From NCBI GenBank assembly GCA_001179505.1, contig CDMY01000894.1, forward strand, positions 1-12,494: a stretch of 12,494 bases of DNA. Reading direction: 5' to 3'. This DNA comes from Vitrella brassicaformis CCMP3155. Lineage: Eukaryota; Protista; Chromerida. The notes beneath the pieces were generated by a model, which did not search any database, had not been told where the DNA came from, and worked only from the letters and a program-made list of their open reading frames with translations. Shown here piece after piece: positions 7,611 through 12,494 of this stretch (position 1 is the stretch's first letter; the number at the start of each line of letters is the position of its first letter). Made by a program: the position numbers and the translations under genes.

Positions 7611-8317
7611 CAGTCAGGCAACTGATCTGAATCAACGACACAAAAAGTGGCAATCAGTGCTGCCGAGATAAGTGTGCGTCTCTGTGCTGACCTCAAAACA
7701 CTTGGCTATGAAGGAATCTCTGTCAGCAGCCCAACACCAGACGGCTGCCGGCACCCACACAGCAGCGTGGACAGCAGGGGGTACACAAGCATCCATCAGA
7801 CGAGGAAGTCGTCAGGCGAGCCACCTACCGTCAGCAATGCCCACCAGCGGCCCAGATGAAGCAATGGCGTGGCCAGGCGGCCGTCGTCGTCAGCGAGTCA
7901 ACGAGGCGTTGTGGGAGATCTGCAGGCACACAAAACACCGAAGCAGCAGCTGACTGAAGCATTTCAACGCTTCATCTGCCTCTTTCGCTGCCGCCTTACC
8001 CTACTCTGAGCGGCCTCAGAGCTTCAGAGGACTTTGGCGCCGAGAGGCGATCTGCGAGCTTGGCTCTCGTCGTTGGCGACAACAGGGCGCGTGGAGTGTC
8101 TGGGAGATGCCCAAAGAGCCGCTGTGATGCTATCGATCACCACAGATGCTGCCGCCATCTCCCTGAGTGACGCCGTTGGGGCACATTGAGGTGAGGGAGG
8201 GTGGGGAGGAGGGCCTGATAACATCAGCAATGACAGCCTGTGTGCTTTCTGTGTGTTTGTTGACACATTTGGCGCATTTCCAGTGTCGTTGTGCGGTTGA
8301 GCGAAAGAGAGGAGGAG

Positions 8318-8800
8318 CATCAGGGGCAGCCAAGCAACCAAGGTATGGGAAGCGAAAGAAAGCCGCTCGGATGTTCACATATGAGGCGCCACACATGCAT
8401 TCACTGATGTGATGTCCGTGATGTGTCTGTGGCGGGTGTGCAGATGTCGGGTGCTGCTGATGGAGGTGGTGCTGGCTTTTTAGCTAACGAGTCGTCCTCG
8501 TCGGCTGTGTGGTCTCTGTGTGTTAATGACAGATTTCCGGCACTCTCCGGTGTGTTGGTGCGGTTCAGCGACAGAGGAAAGGGTTCTGCCGTAACCACAT
8601 CTCCATCAGGGGCAGCCAACTGAGGTATAGGAAGCGAAAGACAGGCCGCTCGGATGTTCACAGATCGATGAGGCGCCACCAATGCATTCGCTCATATGGC
8701 GTCTGTGTTATGTCTGTTTGTGAGTGGGCAGATCATGTCGGCTGCGGCTGCTGATGGGGCTGCTGGCTCTGTGGCTGACGAGCAGTCCTCGTCGGCTGCG
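8318..8800 (+). repeat. Diverged tandem duplication (period 286 bp) of 5'-UTR exon end, intron and start-codon region
   Basis: CATCAGGGGCAGCCAA occurs at 8318 and 8604. Both copies share GGTAT.GGAAGCGAAAGA, GCCGCTCGGATGTTCACA, ATGAGGCGCCAC, ATGCATTC, CAG..ATGTCGG..GCTGCTGATGG and GTCCTCGTCGGCTG. Confidence 0.88.
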
Positions 8801-10027
8801 CCTGCCGCCAATGGTAACCAACAAGTTCGCTGCAGAAGGACACGACAATGCCGGCACACAGCTGTCTGTGTGTGTTGGGCTGCAGGTGCGGTCAGTGCAC
8901 CTTCTGCCAACCACCACCACCAGCACCAGCAGCATGATCGCCTTATCAGTGCCGCTGACGTGCCGCAAGATGTCGCCCCGACGGTTGCCGAGTACGTCAG
9001 GAGTTACTCACAGCTGGAGGCCCTCATCGACGCCCATCCCACCCAATTCACCGCCGCCGTCCTGCTGCCGATCCTCATACGACTGCTGGCCGTCGTGGTG
9101 GACGCCATCTTTGGCCCTTTGGTGGAGGTGCCGATTCCCCAGCTGACCCAGAGTGTGTCCATCATTGTGGCCGCCACACGTCGGCTCTTCATGCTCACGA
9201 GGGGCGGCGATTGGGCCAGATGGCGGCCTCATCTGGAGATGCTGTACTTGCTGCAAGGCAATAGGCCTTTGGTGCTGGGCGATGACAACTTCGGCATCTT
9301 CGGCAGCCGGGCGGCCTTCATCGGCGAGACGGAGGCCGTCCGGCAGTGGAAGATGCTCAGCTGGGGGGTCACTGTCGCTGTTAGAGGCCAAGGGAGACAG
9401 CTGATGAACGGCAACGGCATCCTTGACCGTCAGAATGGCCGTTCCGTCCCCCCCCTCATGGCCTCTGCCAGCCCTGTCTTCCCTCACGTACCATTCGACC
9501 CCGCCGACCCGCCCACAGAGCTGAGCGCCTTTGACGCACTTGGCTTGACGTGCCCCAACTACACCTCAATGGCGGGCCGCGTTTTGTTCAGCTGGCTGTT
9601 CGGCGGCGACCACATCCGTCGCATCAAAAGCTGGTGCTCTGACAGTCCGGCCTCTGCTGCATTCCAGCGTGTGTGTGAGCTGCTGTCGGCCCCTCCCAGC
9701 GATGCGGCACAGTGGGGGGCGGGAGTGTTCGACAAGAAGCGGCCGTGCTCTGACAGGGAGGGGCATCGGCGCCTGATGGTGCTTGGGATTGAGACGATGG
9801 GGGACGGCCACATGGCGGTCATTGAGCTGATTCAGCTTGAATTCATCCGGCAGAGTCCACGCTATGTCGTCATCTGGACGACCGAGTCGGCCCCCCACGA
9901 CAAGACGTGCACTGTTGTGATGAGAGTGCTGGGGGATCACCTGGGGGGAAAGGTGTGGCGGGAGGAGAACGAGGAGAAGGAGCACAGGCGAGCGACGGCC
10001 AACACGAGGAGATGCACCATAATGTGA
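8735..10027 (+). CDS. Hypothetical protein of about 406 aa, unrelated to the copy 1/2 family; probable intron 8814-8885
   Basis: Long open frame ending in TGA at 10025-10027. ATG 8735 follows the acceptor GGCAG at 8731 (5'-UTR intron 8625-8731). AATG|GTAACC...CTGCAG|GTGCG removes a Cys/Val repeat-like stretch in frame. The remainder is globular-looking protein with no domain I can name confidently. Confidence 0.75.
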   Translation: MSAAAADGAAGSVADEQSSSAAPAANGNQQVRCRRTRQCRHTAVCVCWAAGAVSAPSANHHHQHQQHDRLISAADVPQDVAPTVAEYVRSYSQLEALIDAHPTQFTAAVLLPILIRLLAVVVDAIFGPLVEVPIPQLTQSVSIIVAATRRLFMLTRGGDWARWRPHLEMLYLLQGNRPLVLGDDNFGIFGSRAAFIGETEAVRQWKMLSWGVTVAVRGQGRQLMNGNGILDRQNGRSVPPLMASASPVFPHVPFDPADPPTELSAFDALGLTCPNYTSMAGRVLFSWLFGGDHIRRIKSWCSDSPASAAFQRVCELLSAPPSDAAQWGAGVFDKKRPCSDREGHRRLMVLGIETMGDGHMAVIELIQLEFIRQSPRYVVIWTTESAPHDKTCTVVMRVLGDHLGGKVWREENEEKEHRRATANTRRCTIM

Positions 10028-10164
10028 TCGGGGGCTTTGGGGCTTTGCCGTAAGTGTGTCGGTTTTCTATGACACAGGGGCTGCATTAGTGGTGGTGTGC
10101 GGGAGGGTCAGTCCACAGACTTTGTTCGTCGTTTTGAAGGAGGGGCGACAGAATGACCGACCGT

Positions 10165-10215
10165 CAGACAGACCGACAGAAAGACCGACAGACGGACAGA
10201 CAGACAGACAGACAG
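10165..10215. repeat. Imperfect (GACA/GACC)n microsatellite downstream of the 8735-10027 gene
   Basis: Directly visible repeat. Confidence 0.9.
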
Positions 10216-10461
10216 CTGGGCAATGGGGTTTTTCCTGCCCGTCTGCTTGCATGGGCCTCTGTGTCCGTTCCCTCGGCTGCATCCTGCCCATGTCTGTCTG
10301 GTGAGCGAGGCATTGAATGGCGTGGCTGACCTGTGTCTCTGTCAATGGCACACCTGAATGAATGAGCCCCGTGTCACTTGATGGGCAAGATGAAAGACAC
10401 TGAGTGGTTCTGCTGGCTAACAGGTCCACATGTCAGTCAGACGCACACACATATCAACAGC

Positions 10462-10491
10462 CCCCACCCCACCCCACCCCACCCCACCCCA
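10462..10491. repeat. (CCCCA)6 pentanucleotide repeat
   Basis: Six perfect units; reads (TGGGG)6 on the minus strand. Confidence 0.92.
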
Positions 10492-11555
10492 CACACAGGG
10501 TGACGGCAGTCAGACACACCACATCCATCAACTTAATCTCTTCCCTGTCTGTCATGGCTCCATCAGCAGGATACTCAGCCGTCGGCCGGTCAGTGACTCA
10601 CTGTGGCCAGCCAGGCGACACTCAGCCGCCGGCCAATCAGAGAGACAAATCGCACCAGCTGTCGTGAATGAAGTCGTGATGGATAAGGCCGACAGACAAG
10701 CCACACACGACCGACAAGAGAATAGCAGGGTCATCGCTCGTCACGGTAATCGATTCCTCTGACAGTCACAGCCAGGGCAGTCAAACGCAGTCACCCATCG
10801 GCCGAACCACCACCACATCAAAATCGGCCAGCGGATCGGACCACATCACATCACATGCACTCACACCCACGCCCACACCCACAAGCAGCCATGAGGACTG
10901 CACACACACAGAGAAGAGAGGCCCACGGCCACAAGCCGAAGCCATAGACCAACTCACCACCTCACACACCCATCCATCAGCTGCAGAGCCAAGCCAGCCA
11001 TTCGGTCACACCTCAGCAGCAGCTGGTCACACGGCACATCTTCCCCTCCCTCACTCCATGCCCCCGTCTTCTGTTTCCTGGGGAATTCGGGTCCCACAAC
11101 GATGTTGTTGACCAATCACACCGCCCCACACACCAAGGCACACACGCACAAACGAGAGAGAGACGCGCATGCAGGCAAACAGGGTTGTGGCGAAGAGACT
11201 CACTAAGTGAGAGCGAATTCGGGAACGTGTGCTATCCCGCAGAGATCCAGGCCCAGGATGCTCGTGATGGTGGCCGCACTCGCCCGCCAGTCATGTTTCG
11301 ACACGTATGCAATGGCGGAGGACCGGCCCAGGGTCGTCTCATTCAATTTGACGGTTGCCCGGACAGTTGCTGCTTGACAGCACACGGGCTGCCGTCGCCG
11401 CAAGTAGAAGCGGAATGCTGGCCCGAAGGAAAGAAAACATCGTGGATGCCCTGGTGCTTTTTCGTGTGTCGATACGTGACAAAACGCTTTCTATTGGGGG
11501 CGTCTGAGACTGCTGGCCCCAACTGCACGAACCTCGGTTCCCCACTCAGCACACG

Positions 11556-12406
11556 ATGGTGAAGGACGAAGACTATCTCCCCACCCAGGTCAAAGCCTAT
11601 CTGCAAAAGCACAAGGTAAGCAGTGGTTAGCTCGTGCTTGTGAATGCCTCTTGTGTTGTCATGCACCTGTCTGTCTGTAGGTGGAGGATGGCCTGAATAC
11701 GGCTCTCAACAAGCTCCTGACGACATCATGCCTGCCCCCCGACCCCTTCAACCTTTCTGCTCCGTCAAGCACGCGCCCCACGCTCCCAGATGCAGATAGC
11801 GGCCCTGCCCTCACTGTCCAGGTACAGTAGCACTCAGCAGAACTACTGACATGCAATGGCCATGTTGTTTGTTTACTTATCGTCTGTGGTCGCAGGCACC
11901 GGCAGAGTATCTGTCCGTGGGGGTGTGGTCATTCTCATGAAGCGATGTTTCTTTGGGCTTGTTGGTCGCATGGCAGTGAGGGAGAGAGCGGCCGGGGAGG
12001 GAGAGGGGGATAAGGAGAATGAGGATGGTGCCAGGGGTGAGGGACAGGTGGAGGACTACTCCATCAAGGAGGTCGTGGCGCTCATGAATGGGAGCTTGAA
12101 CGCTGCTGTGGGTGGATGCGATGTGCTGCGTCTTGACGCCATGGAGAACAAGTAAGTAAATAAGTGCCTGCCACGGATAGTGTCAATTATGGCCATGCGC
12201 GGCCGGCATCAGGCTAGATGGCTTCTTGAGAGAGGCTGCGATACAGGTGAGGTGAGAGGGTGACGCCTGCGTGGCCCGTGGTACGTACGCTATTTAAGCT
12301 GTCAACTCACGGATGCAGGATAGAGAAGAGGTGGCGTGGCGCCTCACGGATATCCTGCTCGCCATGTCCGCCAACGCCCTTAATCTCACCTTAGGAATCC
12401 GGCAAG
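11556..12406 (+). CDS. 5' part of an enolase-like (ENO4/plant ENO3-type) gene: RIIa/Dpy-30-like docking helices followed by a divergent enolase N-terminal domain; continues beyond the window
   Basis: Exon 11556-11615 (MVKDEDYLPTQVKAYLQKHK) splices to exon 11681-11821 (VEDGLNTALNKLLTTSCLPPDPFN...), resembling the YLxKHxIExxLNxALNxLLxxxPxDP pattern. Later exons give YSIKEVVALMNGSLNAAVGGCDVLRLDAMENK (ends 12151), LDGFLREAAIQ (12213-12246) and DREEVAWRLTDILLAMSANALNLTLG (12319-12406). By eye these resemble the enolase V.KAVENVN.IIAPAL.G.D..DQ..ID segment. Exon structure at 11822-12047 is unresolved. Confidence 0.55.
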
Positions 12407-12494
12407 GTGGGCGCACACAGCACAATCGATCTGCCCATGGGCCGCTTGTCCACGAAGGTTCTTTCGGTGTCTGTCTGTATGTATGCATCCCTCA

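Noticed and set aside
7955-8027. Small hairpins TGAAGC/GCTTCA (7955-7974) and CTCTGAG/CTCAGAG (8004-8021)
   Set aside because: Stems of 6-7 bp are expected by chance in 12 kb. There is no tRNA, snoRNA or ribozyme core motif.
7647-8412. Short ORFs (70-105 aa) between the divergent genes
   Set aside because: No recognisable motifs, no paralogy within the window, and no consistent splice model.
8696-8734. ATG 8696 as the start of the 443-aa ORF
   Set aside because: It lies inside the predicted 5'-UTR intron 8625-8731. The duplicated unit places its ATG right after the acceptor, favouring ATG 8735.
1-12494. Autonomous transposon, telomeric retroelement or CRISPR array
   Set aside because: No RT, DDE, tyrosine-recombinase or HUH motifs are seen. 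There are no TIR/TSD pairs bounding a gene and no repeat-spacer periodicity.

Overview
This is the left end of a eukaryotic chromosome. It starts with 13 perfect CCCTAAA (TTTAGGG-type) telomere repeats and runs straight into gene-dense, fairly GC-rich DNA with many short introns rich in CA/TG repeats. That style resembles the chromerid Vitrella brassicaformis, which is an inference only. In order, the window holds: the telomere; a perfect 25-bp inverted repeat whose loop is itself telomeric; a frameshifted, mosaic member of an unknown protein family (minus strand, 958-2103); a degenerate inverted telomeric block between divergent genes; an intact 18-exon GDA1/CD39 NTPDase (2586-5999); a second member of the unknown family carrying two in-frame stops (minus, 6522-7610); a 286-bp-period duplication of a 5'-UTR intron plus start codon; an unrelated hypothetical gene of about 406 aa (8735-10027); and the 5' part of an enolase-like gene with an N-terminal docking-domain-like helix pair (11556 to the window end). 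No transposase, RT, CRISPR array, rRNA or tRNA is supportable. The most notable observations are the telomere-loop hairpin, the CA...UG intron architecture and possible degenerate F-box N-termini in the subtelomeric families. All splicing and alignments were done by eye.
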